NCBI GenBank assembly: GCA_013265495.1
Contig: MU061579.1
Coordinates: 3,159,319 to 3,223,318, forward strand
Reading direction: 5' to 3'
Source of the DNA: Vicugna vicugna
Taxonomy: Eukaryota
Length of the DNA: 64,000 nt
The position numbers were made by a program, and so were the translations under genes. Under the pieces are notes generated by a model. It had not been told where the DNA came from. It did no database searches and worked only from the letters and a program-made list of their open reading frames with translations. Of this stretch, positions 26,090-40,552 are shown piece after piece. Numbering within the stretch: the first letter of the stretch is position 1; every line of letters begins with the position of its first letter.

Positions 26090-29000
26090 TGCTTATATTT
26101 CATATTATTAAACAAATCATTTAAAAAAATTTTATATTTAGTTTCTTCCTTCTTTCCAACAGAAACCAAAATGCTTCCTCTTACTAACCCTCAAACCCTG
26201 GAACATACAGATCAGTGCTGGAATCCTAACTCTGCTACTCACCGGCTCTGTGGTTTAGGTGATTTATTTAATTTATGCGAATTGACAAGAGGTATTGTTA
26301 TTAATACAAACTAAGAAAAAATATGCTCTAGATTGTTATTTATGATCCTTGTTTGTAATCTTTGATTGTTCGGGCTCACATAGTTACCAGATGCAGCATA
26401 ATGCATACCTTTTTTTCCATCACATCAAAATTGTAGATTTTTAATACTGATGTTTGTTTTAAGTGGGCATTAGAACTACCGGTATGTTTTAAATGATGTT
26501 TACTTTATCAACTGTGCTTATAAATATAATTAATTATGAGTTTAAGTTTTGAGTTACTTACTTAAATCTCAAAAATATATCTAAAAGTAAATCTTACACG
26601 TGTTTATATTTTTAAGTATGACATAAACTTTTATAACATGTTTCTAAAGATTTTGCTTCAGGGAACATCTTTATATTGAAAATAAATTTTCCATCTAAAT
26701 AGATTTTTTTTGTATATTCACAATATGAGAGCAAACTACATAAATTCAACTAAATAGGAATTTTAAGGACTTTGCGTAAGTATCAAACATCTGTTATAAT
26801 TATTAAAATATTTTATTTTCTAATCTCTCCAACAATCTGGATTCTGATCTCCTTGGAAAATTATTTCATATCACTACTTTGGTTAAGCCTTCTAATCTAA
26901 AGCTTTTTCTATTTTCTTTAGGAATACTTATACTTTGTTATAAAAATGCTTCCATATGATCGTGGACCCAACTGAATTAACTGCAGTCTTTAAATGATTG
27001 CATTCTGTGCTGGTTCATAAATCATAAGTGCTGGAAAACACTTACAGGGTTAAGCTTTCAATTTCGGCTAACATTCTTAAATTTTACCATACCAAACTCG
27101 GATTAATTAAGAATATAAATATCTAATCATTTTAGGTCCTTTTCTTTTTCTTTGAGTATCATTGTTCTCATCATCTATTGAAGTCAAATTTTCAACTCCA
27201 TCGCATTCTTTGTGGTATATATGATAACCCAGAGTTTTACAAAATAATAGGGGATTTTTGCATACAGTGTATAATCTGACCATAATAAGAACACTTTTAT
27301 GAAGTAGTTGAGGTTTCAATACATAACCCATATCAGAAGCATTCAGGGATATTCTTAGAACAGTAGTTGATTTTCAAGTGGGAATTCAAGTCAAGACTTT
27401 CTATCCTTGAACTCAGAGACAGGTAATAGCGAAAGAATGTCATACAAGACCACACAGATGCTAAAAATGTTACTAGATATTAGCTAGAGAAATATGGAAA
27501 ATACATTGAGCATGTAAAGTAACCATTCATTCTATCTAGTTTCTAATGCTATTTGGAAAATATGCAAGTTTTGGAACTATGACTTGGTTTCACTGAACTG
27601 CAAAATGATCATAAAACTATCTGACTTTATTGAGAGCCTACTGTGAACAAGGGCATTTGATTAGGTCTGAGGGAGTGCGAGTGATATGCAAAAATACATG
27701 AACTATGTTTTTTGCCTTAATGATTGTCAAGGTGAAACAAAAAAACCGTAAAATTGCACAAATAGATAGAATCAGCTGGTGCACTTCAGAGAGAACCTGA
27801 ACCTGGGTAACTCCCGGAGCCAACGGAGCAGAGCAGGACTGGAACTGTATGCTGTGAGGGAAGAGAAGGCTGTGTGAATTGGGGCCTTTCCCAGGTTGCT
27901 ATTTTCTTTATCTCTAACTGCTGCAAAACTTGTGCTTGGTACAGTTGGGAGATTATTTGTTTTTCATATCTCTTACTCAGAATCTTTGTACAATCTTATT
28001 TTGGCAGCTATCAGAATAGTTTCTTTGAGAACCATCTTTCTAAGACTTGTTGGTTGTCAGTAAACTACCTGATGTCAGTAGAGTTTCAGGCAAGTGGGAT
28101 TAGAAGCAAAAAAAAGGGGGGGGAAAGAAGAGAAACAAAAGAAAAAAAAGGAAAAGAAAGGAGTCAAGGGATGAAGCTAGGAAAGTTGGGATCTGTTTTA
28201 ACTCTTTCATAGAAGATTATGAGTTAAAAAATGAAGGGGTTAAATCCTGTGCACTCTACTTACTTTATCTCTGAACCCAAGCAAAAATGTTAAGATTCTT
28301 GATCATCAATATCATCATCTGTGAAGCAAAAATAAAAGTTATTGTTAAATTCTTATAACATAATATATTTGAAAGTGTTCTGTAAACCATCTTTTGTATA
28401 ATGATAAATAGAAATAAGGGTATATTATTGTCATTGTCATTCAGACATTTCAAACTATAGGTTTAAGAGAAAAAAAAAGTCTTTATAAAAATTGTGATAG
28501 AAAACTGAATGATCAAAACAACTGTTGCATTGTTTTATGCATATGAATTTTCCAAAAGACTTAATTCAGTTCTGATGGTGAATAGTTAAGGTGGTTGGAG
28601 ATAATAATCTATTGGAAAGTTAATAGTATGCTTCAAAGAAGATCAATGGCACAGCAAATGCTAAGCTTAGTTTTAAAGTAAGTAATACAGAAGAGATCCA
28701 GGTTGTCATCTATGGCTAAGAAATTCCTGAGAGAGGAAGGAAATCCATTGATAACAAAGGAGGAATTATTAAAATTGCTTTGCAGTACTTCACTATACTG
28801 TTGTGACATCAATCTTATTTTAGCACCATTTTATCATTTATAAAAGCCTGACTTTTTAAGAAATCTTACTTGAAATTTCTATCTATCTTGTATTGTAGGT
28901 GGATCAGGTAACAGGGTCATTATTTTGAAGTGGAGAAAAATGACAACTATTCAAAAACTTCTTCCAAACTTATTTATCCAGTCTCTCCTGATAGTGGAAA

Positions 29001-29099
29001 AACTATTCACTCTAACACTTAGCCCAGCATTTTTTTTTTCACTATTCGAATTACAGGCTAGGTAGGTACAGCTAATACAGTAGATGTGGTTTTCTTTTC

Positions 29100-30230
29100 A
29101 TTTATGTAACAATCATTGTAACTATTTCATGTCAGATATCACACTACACACTGGATGCAGAGGTGAATGAAGACCACATGGTGATTATGCTCATAAAGCT
29201 TACATTCCAGTGGAAGGGAACCGACAGTAAACAGATTAAAAAATTAAACAGTCCTCTAAAGTATAAGGAAGGGAATGTTGTGATAGCTAAAGTCAGAATG
29301 AACTGATTGTGATGGGATTATAAGAGAAAACCTGTCTGAGTTGATAAATTCACGCTGGACTTGAACAATACCAAAGAAACAGTGATGTTGAGTCAAGATA
29401 TTTGAGAACAGAGAACATAAGCTGTGCAAAGGAATTAATATGGAAAAAATACACAAATGGTGGCCAATTTTCAGAGACATACAGTGACCGATGTGGCTAG
29501 AGAAACTGAGCGATGGTTAGGTAACTAGAGATGGAAAAGGGGAAGCAAACAAGGAACAGGTCCTAAAGGATCATGTATAGATTTCAGGAGGTAAGAATTT
29601 GAATTTATTTTAATGTATTGGTAACAAATTAAAATTTTCTTTATTATATATATATTTATTTTTAAAAACAGTTTTCTTGTGATACAACTCACATAACATG
29701 AAACTGCTTAAAGAGTACAATTCAATGTTTTTTATTTTATTCATGAGTTATAAAAGTATCAAAGTAATTTAATTTTACAATATATTCATTACCTCAAAAA
29801 GAAACCCTGTACCTATTAGCAGTCACCCTCCTCTAAATCACTTCCCTGAAACATAGACAATCACTAATGACATTCAAAATTTGAATAATAAAGATGATTA
29901 AGGAATGACCTCTGAAATAAAGAGAACTAAGAAAATTTGTCAGGAATAAGACAATAACTATCTGCATCAATTGTGGTTAAATGACTGAGTTAGGTGTATA
30001 AATAAGTATGTTCATCATATTTGGGAGCATTGAGCCTATAGGTCATTTTGGAAATAGCATGAAATGGAAATTGTGGGTAAGGGACCAAGATCATATGTTA
30101 AAGAATTAACTAAGATACTAGAGAAATACAAGCAAACAGCTGCTTGAATAAGTTTGTCTACAAACAGGAAGTAGAAAACAGAGAAATAACTGGTAGGAAG
30201 TGAATTATCCATGTAATGGTTGGTTTTGTG
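29100..30230 (-). mobile_element. L2 fragments split by an L1MB-like insertion
   Basis: GCTCATAAAGCTTACATTCCAGTGG...GACAGTAAACA...GAGAACATAAGCTGTGCAAAGG. Confidence 0.65.
29645..29870 (-). mobile_element. L1MB-like 3' end inserted in L2
   Basis: AAAGAGTACAATTCAATGTTTTT...TTCATTACCTCAAAAAGAAACCCTGTACCTATTAGCAGTCAC. Confidence 0.8.
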
Positions 30231-31564
30231 TATTCAATATGTCTGTATATATAATTCATAAAGTAATAAAAATACCAGATTTTTTTTCTCTACTCCCCTG
30301 TACTTAAATATTATTCAGGGAATTAGCTTTCCTTGTTTTTTGCATGACAACTTTATCTAGACCCAAGACTTTACTGTTTGCTCTTAAGAAATACACTGTC
30401 CTAAAGATAGTTTTAGAAACAAGCACAAGTCTTGATTCAGAAAATAGAATGTCTAGTTCCATGTTATAAACAAAATTCCAAATTCCTCAAACCTACAGCT
30501 GGGCAGAGAAGAGTGGAGGCAGGACAGTTCTTACTTAAATAGGAAATTCCCTAAGCTGTCTTTGCTGTTTTGGAATCTAACAGTTGCTTATATGTATAAC
30601 CCTTTCTCCCCAGGCAGCTTCTGCAAGCTTCTGCCTTACCCTGGCTCTACCAAGGGCTCCTGCCTAACTTTCTCTACTACAATTGTCTTGAACTTACATG
30701 GAAAAATTTCTATTCCAAGTGATGATTCACGAATCCTTCTTTAGCCCTGTGCATCTAATGGTACATCTCTGGCCTCTTTCTGTTCATATTTCCTTGCCCC
30801 TTTAGGTCACAAGATGGCAATACACACTGTCTTTCTATAAGGCAAAAGACCTGCATCTGGCCCATGGGTACACAGATGCATGTTTAGTTTACTCAAAGTC
30901 TGAGACAACACTCTGTTCTCTCTGCTATTCTCTGTTCATAGTCACGGAAGCAGTAAGGCACCATTTCCTACTCTGTATTTCAGTGGTGGGATTCAGACCT
31001 TCAGCCACAGCTCACTTTACTTTTCACCGGTGCAAGCAAGACTCCAATTCTCGGTTTCTCTCATCAAAAGAGAACTGTTTTAAAACTTGCTAGGTGCCCT
31101 TCATGAAACCCTCTTTCAGTAGATTTGACATTAGACCGTAGCATAATCATTTCTTTTCCCCAAAGGGTAGGGGGAGACTCAGAGCACAAGAACTGCTTTC
31201 TCTCTTCTTTCCTTTCTGACCCCATGGTACACCACCCATCTGAGTTGTCAGCACATTGTGGAAGAAATTCTTTACATTCTTGTTTCAATTCTTCTTATAA
31301 AAAAGGGGTTTTATCCCACACTCCCTTTAGAATCCTATTGTATAAGATACTGACACTTCAGTTGATGGAGGTCAGGAGAATCCCATTCCAACAGTGTCCA
31401 TTTGTTTCCAGGATGGGAGCTTATAAATAACTAGAGGAATTATTTATCCCAGATAAATTGCTGTAGCTATGATCTTGCAGTTGGGATATTAAAAGTAAAT
31501 ATAGAGAATAATGTTTAATCTAAATATTGTTGAAGGGATAAATGCAAGCCAAAATAAATATGGA

Positions 31565-32085
31565 AGAGGACTCAGTGCAGGAAATAAAAGCCACTCTAAG
31601 CATCTTAAGCAAGAAGAATTTTAATACAGGAATTAGGTGCCTCTGAGAAAACAGAAAGGGCTGAAGAATGAATTCTAGATTGATAACTTGGAATTATTTC
31701 CAGAACATTCTAAAATTGATGCATTATGGGTGATGCTCTGTTTGAAGTCAATTCTAGAGTTAGGTCAGGAACAAGAAATTATTGCCAGTACAATTGTCAG
31801 AAAATTGGATAATGGTCTTTAAAGTTCTTAGCAGGAATATATAGATTATATAATTCTTGTTAAGAATTCAGGAATACGTAGAATAAATACTAGAAGAATA
31901 AATACTCCAAGAAGACCCACCATATGTGTGAATTTTCAAACAAGAAGAAAACAACCAAAGCCTGTAGGAAGAGAGCCACCACCACACGTCTACCTTCAGG
32001 ATCTCACATGACATTGAATTAGTATCATGTATCTAATAGCTAGAAACCAATTACAAGGGGTTCTGGGAAACGTAGTTTTGCAGAT
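31565..32085 (-). mobile_element. Old LTR (MLT1N2/LTR78-79-like)
   Basis: CAGGAAATAAAAGCCACTCTAAG...TTTAATACAGGAATTAGGTGC and CAAGGGGTTCTGGGAAACGTAGTTTT. Confidence 0.5.
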
Positions 32086-32166
32086 GAAATTAAATAAATT
32101 GAAAGGCAAATTTAAGGATTTATTTGAGAAGCAAGCTTTTTTTTTGGTCTTCTTTTGTTTTATTTG

Positions 32167-32569
32167 TGCTATGGTTAATTGGTGTCCCTCTAAAATTCAT
32201 ATGTTGAAGGGCCAACCCCTAGTACTTTAGAATGTAAGCAGGTTGGAGATAAGGTCTATAAAGGTGTGGTTAAGTTAAAAAGAAGCCCTTAGGGTGGGAC
32301 GCTAATTCAACATGACTGATGTCCGTACAAGAAGAAGAAGAGATACCAGGGACATGTATGTACAGAGGGTTGACCATATGAAGAGGCAGCAAGAGAGCAG
32401 CCATTTGCAAGACAAGGAGAGAGACCTTGGAAACCAACCCTGCTGGCATCTTGATCTTTGACTTCAGCTTCCAGAACTGAAAAAAAAGAAATGTATGCAA
32501 TTTAAGCCACATAGACCATAGCATTTTGTTATAGCACACCCCACCCCCCCACCTTAGCAAACTCATACA
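32167..32569 (+). mobile_element. MaLR solo LTR (MLT1B-like)
   Basis: TGCTATGG...AAAATTCATATGTTGAAG...AACCAACCCTGCTGGCATCTTGATCTTTGACTTCAGCTTCCAGAACTG...AGCAAACTCATACA. Confidence 0.88.
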
Positions 32570-34559
32570 GTCTGTTGAGTTGTTTTGGTTGGGTGTTTCA
32601 CTGTATAAGACACTCATCAAAGTTGTAAATGTCACAAACAGACTTGCTATCTGAAGCAAATGCTTCATCAGACAGGAAATTTTATCTATCCTGTGTAGTA
32701 CCGATAAATATGCATCCTTCTAGAATATGGGTCTCTGGGTTTTCAGGTTGAGGCAACTGTACCAAAAATAATTAGGTATACTTGGTAAACCTTTGCACAA
32801 GTAATTCTCCCTGGCTATGTCCAACATACATTCTGCAGTGAATTCAGAAGTAAAAACTTTAATTTCAGTGATTTGATTGCAATGCAGATTTCACATTCAT
32901 TTTTAAGTTTTCTGAGGTGTATAAGAATGGAAAGTAGAAATATTAATACATAATACAGGTATTGTAATATATTTAGCTATGTGTGTAACTATATAGCTCA
33001 ACTTGATTTTCAGGCATATTGTGTATAGTTTTGTGTTAAAACATAGTAACCTCAACTGGTAGGTATTGCTATATGGGAAAGAATCAGTTACAATAATGGA
33101 ATATTCCTTGTGAGTAATTCCCTTATCTGATTGTCATTTGCTTGGGTGTGCTGAATTTCACTTTCTTTTATTGGATTCATAGTCAGAGTAGTTAATTATT
33201 TATAATTTTCCCCTAAAAAATTGTGATTAAGTCATTTTATCTAACTCCATTCCTAAAGAGGCCAATATACAATTAATTGTGTTCAGTGATGGATAAATCC
33301 ATTTTGTTTTCCTTTGAGCCCTATTAACTCAGTGGCTGAAATTAAAAAGAACCAGAACAGCACTTAGAGAATGTGAAACGTAGAATTAAATATTCCCTTT
33401 ATATGAAAATGTGAATTCCAATACTCTTATTATGGTATAAATCAAATAATATGTTTTATAACCATGAGACTTGATTGTGGGTTGTTTGCTTGTGTTTCCC
33501 CATCTCAAAAATGTTAGAGTTCCCTAAGAAACAAATCCTGTGGTAGTTATTTGAATAATGAGAACATAGGTTTGAGCCTAAATGTAGGTTCAAGAGTGGA
33601 ATTTCAGTCCAGATAGGAAAGACATGGTGTTATAGTCAGTAGAAAATGGTAGGCATTCACCACATAAAAATGAGTACGTTAGTTAAATGGTCCAAACCAA
33701 GTATAAGATGAAGAATTTCACTCAAGAAGACAGAGGGTAAGTGGTTTGTGGAGCAGGTATTAGGAGCATTCAGTTTGACAGCAGAGCTTTATTCAGAGGA
33801 CACTCAAGTTCTTAGATATGTTACTCATGCAACAAGGGAGATGAGTTGTACGAGAAGAACCCAGTGCTTAGAAACTATGCTATGAGGTAGAAATACAGCA
33901 AATAAGGTACTAGGATATCAAAATCAGAGCCGAATCAGAGCAGATTAGCTGTAAAACCAACTTAGTTAGCACATTGGAATGCCCTTGCTTAGGTTAAGAA
34001 CGATTTCCACAATAAAAAGCTATAAATATGAGTCCACATATGATGGAATAGAAATGTTTCCATTAATTTTGGATCAGTTCTAGGGCTAGCACAATGGAGT
34101 TACTTGACATAGGTTGTTTTAATTAACTTTAAGAATTATGGCAAAAGAAGAGTTCATAGTATTTATTCCCCCTACAGGATGGCCACACTGTGTCCATTCT
34201 TTGGATAACTCATTTGATCCAAGAAGATTCTTGATTGGCTTCCATCTGGATTTTGATTCTATTATTTACTCCAAGGCACAAGATAATTTTTTCTTCGAAA
34301 CACTGAATGTAGATATATTTTTAAATTCGTCTCCTTTAAGTTCAGGCCTTTCAATATGTTGCTTTAACCTTTACCTAGAAGTGAAACAAGTGAGAATTTT
34401 GTCTGTACAATAGCATGGATTAATTACAGTTGTCCGTTTCTCCCTTTGCTTTGGAAAGTCATGAACTTTATAAATTGTCTTGCACAGAAGGAAACATTAG
34501 AGTGAACCACATATATTGTGTCCATATTTCATCATTTCCCTCCAATTTTAGTGACTGAT

Positions 34560-35620
34560 AGTTTCAAACAGGGTATATGTGATTAATCTGGGTAGAAAAA
34601 TTCCCTGCACAAGCAGCATTGTTTACTTGAGTAAGTGGCATCTTCTTTCCAACAGTTTTCTGAATACCATGCTTGTGAGCAGTGTGAATACCATCCCCAT
34701 TCACTGATATCTAAAATCTCTCATAGGCATTTTCCTTTGACCCTTTCAGTAAAGTTAAGGCTCCTTCTATATAATTCATGGCATGACATGCCTTTATCAT
34801 AGTACCTCTCATACCCTGAAAAAAAAAAAAAAGGGTAGTCTAGCTTGTTTTCCTCACTTTCTTAAATCATGTTAGTTAAAATAAATCCATTGGTATATGC
34901 CAAGTTATGGGAATAGATTCTATACATCATTTCATATAATTTTCAAAAGTCTGCAATATACACACTATTATCATCATATTTTCAATGATGAAGATATAAA
35001 GATTTTAAACAACATACCTAATCACAGGAGTCTATGTAAAAAATGTAGGAAGTCAGCTGTAGCTGTGAAATTTCTAGACACTATGCCTCCTCCCTTTGAT
35101 ATTAAACAACAAATGTAAGTTGAATGTTCAATAAGCGTTTTCTAAATATTAGCAGAATGAAAGACTGAATATCAATTATAAATAAGTCTAGTATCAATAA
35201 TGAGATTAGGTTCACTACCTACCACTGCTAATAATTAATAAATCTAAGCCCACTGTATGTTTGTCTAAAATATTCAAATCTAAACAAGTTGGGGAATATT
35301 TTAGAGAGTGTTTTGAGAGACCTATGTTTCCAGAATCAAAAGACTTGCCTAACTTGATCTTTATCATCATGCGAGCATTAGTTCACATTGTCACTTCTTT
35401 GTATAGTCTTTTTTTAACCACTCCACTTATGTAGACACTCAGTCACTCTTACTGCTTTCCAGTATTTTCTTATCTATTCACTTTTTACTTATTGATTGTA
35501 TTACTATGTATTCATGGTTACCCTTATCAGAATGAACTCTATGATATTAAAGACAAATTCTTCTGGATAACTCAAGACTTAATGCCTATGACATATAGAT
35601 AGTCAATATTTATAATTTAG
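34560..35620 (+). mobile_element. L2 fragments with an intervening MIR
   Basis: Decayed L2 sense text and an antisense MIR-like segment at about 34890-35100. Confidence 0.45.
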
Positions 35621-37639
35621 CTAATAGATAAGCATTTCCTTGATTATATGTTGCTGAAAATGTTTTAAATAGAGACCCAGGTATTATTAGTATTATTATA
35701 ATCTACAGTCATCAGTTTATAATAATAAAATTATGTTTTTATGTAGTTATTGATATTTAAGACAATATAACAGTAATAATAATAATTTATTGAATGTCTC
35801 TGTTCTGTATAGACTTTAACATAGACTTGATTAAAGATGGATGTTATATTATACCTATATAATAATCCTGTAAGTATTAGTTTGCACATTTTAGAAAAAG
35901 GAAACCAATTTTCAGAGAGTATAATAGACTGGCACAAAGACACACAACCGATAAAAAGAACATCCATGGATATATCTGTCCACCTGGCTACCATCCTGCA
36001 ATATTTTCACTTGCCAAACTAACACATGTGGAATCTTTTCATTTTCTTTACATATTTTTTGGTCTATTTAAGTAAGTCTTCATCAGTTTCTTGGCTCTGT
36101 AATTCTGATGCCTAATTCCGTTGCTTAACTCTATTCTGGCTGAAGTTCTATATTCGAGTACAGAGGAAAGCTTTGCATGTTCATTTGAGTCAAACACAAG
36201 AGCTATAAATAGGGATTCATGTAAGGGTTTCATGTTGATTTTTATAACCATATCAGTAGTATATTTTTTCCAGCATATTACCTAGATTTGGGTGGGAATC
36301 CATGTAATGGGTATTTGAATAAAGTCTACTGATACCAGGGGAATAAAATACACAGGTGGGATTTTAGTCATAAGAGAGTTAGGAGGCCAAGTAGAAGCAT
36401 GGTTTAGACAACAGAACAGAATTTGAAGAACAACAAATTTTGTACTGGACTGGATTGCCTACCTACCTAAGGAGAAAATTGGCCTCAGATTCTGCAGTCG
36501 AATTGGCTGCAATATGCATCATTCAGTGAACTCACACTGGGAGTTTGAGAGAGATTTGGAAGCAGAAGCCACTCAAGAACTCACAAAAATCATTCCCATA
36601 TATGTATATAACACATTTGGACACAATTTTTAAAATTCCTTTACATTTTTCAAAGATGAAAAATTTTGGTTACTATTCATTGATAATCTTGCCTCCAAAT
36701 GGAAATCATCCCAACTTATCATAATTAGACATCTTCTCCACTCAATTGAATGGATTGTGTTAATTCCGAGGGTGATAATTACCTTGTTGGTAATAATGTT
36801 ATGATAGATAATTTATGTACACAAGGTTGTTTGTTATGGAACATCCACATTTTTAATGTATTGGAATTGGAAGGTTTTCTTTCTCTCTTCACATGAAAAT
36901 AACAAATAATACTTACCAGCATTTACAGGTAATATAAAACTGTACCTGTGTCAAGATTCCATAAATACGTTCACATTAGAAAAATAACACCTGTTGTTAC
37001 GTGACTCAATTTATTTTAGAAAGATAAATAGGACAGTTTTAAATTTGTTTTATGTCACCATGGTATTTTGCATTGAATTTTGACTTAATTAGCTATGTAT
37101 AGGAAAATTCGATCCTAAATAGCTCAGTGTATTGCATTTGAATGGGGTATAGTGGAAACCATAATATGGTCTGTAGCCTTTTAAATAGGAGCATTACCCA
37201 CCTCCACAGTTTCTTCCCCAGTTAAACATATATACCACTTCTTGGCTTGTGTCTCTGCTAGAAGATTTTCTGCATTTGTTGAGCATGATCATTTCAAGTT
37301 CAACCTATCTAAATATTAAAAAGAGGTGTGAATTATTTTAATCTTGCCAGAGTTACTGAAAAGTTTGTGTATGGTTACATGTAAGAGTTGGCTATCAATT
37401 GGTTACAATGCAATTGGTTAACATGTTTGTAGAAAATTTTAAGAGACTTGAGCTGTCTTTCTACACTTTCTGTGAGTATATAGCATATTCCAAGTGGAAT
37501 GGAAGAAATGATACAGAAAACCAAAAAGAAGAGAAGAGGATGAATACCACTGACCTTCTTTCGCAGCTTGTTTTATAATAACTCAATGATAACATTCAAA
37601 ACAAAACAGAGTGATTTAGATCTCATACTTCAAAGTGTG

Positions 37640-37880
37640 TTCACATAGCTGTTGGAACCTTATGGGAAAATATCTTATTCCTTTCTATTGGTTCTGTAGT
37701 CAATTAACCTATGTAGAAATTTATATTATCTCTCTGTTCCTTAGTGTCCTCATTAGTAAAATGAAGATAATAATATTACTCATTGGACTTCTATGAGGAT
37801 TAAATGAGTTAAAGCGGTTAAGCTCTTAGAAAAGTGCCTGGTGCATAGTAAGTACTATGATTAGTAATGATTATCTTTAT
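37640..37880 (+). mobile_element. MIR SINE
   Basis: CTCTCTGTTCCTTAGTGTCCTCATTAGTAAAATGAAGATAATAAT...GAGGATTAAATGAGTTAA...CTTAGAAAAGTGCCTGGTGCATAGTAAG. Confidence 0.85.
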
Positions 37881-38649
37881 TGTGCCAAATTGGGTATTTA
37901 TTCATCATATTAAGGGTGCTATTGTACTAAGGGTCGAAATAACAGTATGGAAACTATATTTCATTACAATATGATGCATAGTGATCATGGCCGATAGTGA
38001 TTCAGTAAAATCTATGAATCCTATGTAAATGTCTTAGAACAGTGTCTTCAACACTGATATACATAAAAAAGGCATATTATTGTTTGGTAAAGTATCTTAC
38101 AATTATTAAGTAGTAGAAAGAGAAATACTAGTTTTCATAAACGTAGTAGTTACCTTTTAACTATTAATGGTCACTGAATATATAAGTGTACTGACTTTAA
38201 TTAAAACTTTATTGATGGAATTTAAAGTCATGTTTAACAATATTTTGACTACTCTTTGATGAACATCCTTGTCATGTATTCTTGTGCAAAGTCTTCTCTA
38301 TCTTAATGCCTACTTTATTTCAGGGAGACATTTTCCAAAGGGCATAGCAATATCAAGAGTCAAACAAAAAGTGATCTCCCACATCAAAGATTAACAACAT
38401 AACTGGGGAGAAAAGATGGGTTAAAAGAGGCACAATGCAAGCTGTTGGATATAAAGGATATAAGGATGGTGACAAAAAGTTATTTGGAGTTCTTGAAGTT
38501 TTGTATATACTTCTGCATAAGATTTCAAAAAGAAGCGAGAATTACGGTCAGCTTAGAAGCGTATACGCAAGGCATGTCCTTCAGTTCTGAGGGTGTCACT
38601 GTGCCCCACTCCTACTAGTTGTTTCAGTTCTATATTGATGAAGAACAAA

Positions 38650-39070
38650 CAGACTTAACAGGACAACATCCCCTTGCTCATGGACCATCAATTGTGTCAG
38701 GGATTTGGGGACAATTTATCATTGTTCCATGTGGTACTGGCTGCAGTAAAATTCAGCTGGGTTTTCAGCTAGGGTAGCAGGAAAGGCTGACACCCAGGTG
38801 AGCCTCTGTCTCCAAGAGGGTAGCCAATCTTTTTACATGGTGGTTCAGGGCTCCAAGACAGAGAAAGCAGAAGCTGCCAGATCTCTTCAGAGCTACTCTC
38901 AAAAATAACACAGCCTCACTTTGACAATATTCTCTTGGTCAAAGCAAGCCATACGCCAGCCTAAAATAGAGGGAAGGTAAAATATATTTCATCTCAGTGG
39001 GAAGGGTAGTAATACACATAGAACTGCAAGAATTGAGCATGACCATGTTTTCAACCTGAAAGCTACCATA
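38650..39070 (-). mobile_element. Old MaLR LTR (MLT1J/K-like)
   Basis: TTACATGGTGGTTCAGGGCTCCAAG...AGAAGCTGCCAG...TCACTTTGACAATATTCTCTTGGTCAAAGCAAGCCA. Confidence 0.75.
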
Positions 39071-39074
39071 TTAG

Positions 39075-40552
39075 TCCAAGACATTGCATTTTCCCTTATT
39101 TTCATAGACTCTTCATCCTTTTGTAATATTTTCTTTATTATACTCACCTAGAATTATCCAGTTTAAGTGCTTCCTGCTGAGATACTGATTGACACAGCAA
39201 TCAGTACCTCGGAGTGGCCCCCAGGAAACAGATGTTCTCAATGGGATTCTGGGGTTGGAGTGCTCATATATTTGAGGGATGCACTCATAGCTTTCCTGCT
39301 AGGGAACACTGATAACCTGTGACATGCAATTATAATCTACTTTTGGAGGCCATGGACCAGCTAATTGTAAACGCTTCCCAAATTTATATTAGTCAGGCTT
39401 GGTGAAGCATGTATGGGAGTGTATTGAGTCAAGAAGGGAAATATAATGCTGTATTGGGTTAAAATTATTGACATGGTTTCACAAACCTAAAATTCAAGAT
39501 GTAATGTATTAGCGTTGGTGGGGCATAAGTACTAAATGAAGCCTAGACTCTTTAATGGCTTGTGGTCAATGAGGTAGAAATGCCAGATCTTCCTTAGTCA
39601 TGCTGTTAGAAAAGAATTCAAAGCACTGGGAAAAGAAAATGTTCCACACAACCTGTTAAGACATTCCCTTTCTTTACCAACAAAAAGAATTAGAGGCTGC
39701 TGCCTAGACGATATTGAGAAGTGCCTTGATGAGCGAGCTGTAAGCATCCTTGAAATATTCAGTGGCAGCTGTCTTCAGTGGACCAGGGATGATTGTGGTG
39801 ATATTGTAATAAAACTGAATTTCCTGATTTCACTAAAAGTAAGGATATAATAAAGTAGTAAAAGCAAGTGACAGCTCTTAACTACCAGAGATAAGGCAGG
39901 AATAATCACATAAAGTTTTAAAAAAGAAGTGATGATCTGTGTGCCTACAGGTACCTATGGTGTTGGCTGATTCACCACAGGACTGCTGGAAATAAAACAG
40001 ACCATCAGCTGCTAATATACTGCTTGACATATAATAGCAAAATATATTTACATCAAGTGGGCCGCAACCTTACTCAACTCACTGTAGTGGAGAGTCAGGG
40101 TTCCCAGGTTTAAATCAATTCAGATTTGGAGTGCCTTGACCTGGGGGAACCTGAGTCTTTTCGAGAAACAACATTGCAACATGGCCTCGGATATGCACTG
40201 TTAATTTCCTCCGAACTTTCCCACAGTGACCTGCTGATATTTGCTGGGGGTGACTGTATATTGGAGGAAACAATACACAGTCCTGTGGTTTACAAGATTT
40301 CAGTTCTTTACCCGAAGTAATTTCCAGAGACTCAAATTTCATCCTTTCAAGGTTTCTGTAGGCTTTTTCCTTCTTCAAAAGCTCCTTTCCATTTGTCCTC
40401 TTCTAATGAAATAACTTAATGTCAAGACAGAAATGTCTTGTTGATTTTTTAAAATTCTTTCCACATTGAAAAAAAAATCCTTATATTAAACTCTCCTCAA
40501 ACAACTCACTCTGAGAGCGACATCTAGTTCCTTAAGGAACACTGACTAGATC
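39075..40552 (+). mobile_element. Internally deleted ancient ERVL provirus (LTR 3' remnant to 39196, decayed gag-like internal region, 3' LTR about 40335-40552)
   Basis: Both LTR remnants end similarly (TTCCTGCTGAGATACTGATTGACACA / TTCCTTAAGGAACACTGACTAGA); internal GAGTGGCCCCCAGGAAACAGA...GGGATTCTGGGGTTGG and decayed gag-like text ATGTATGGGAGTG...ATTATTGACATGG (ERVL VWEW...FIDMG region). Confidence 0.7.
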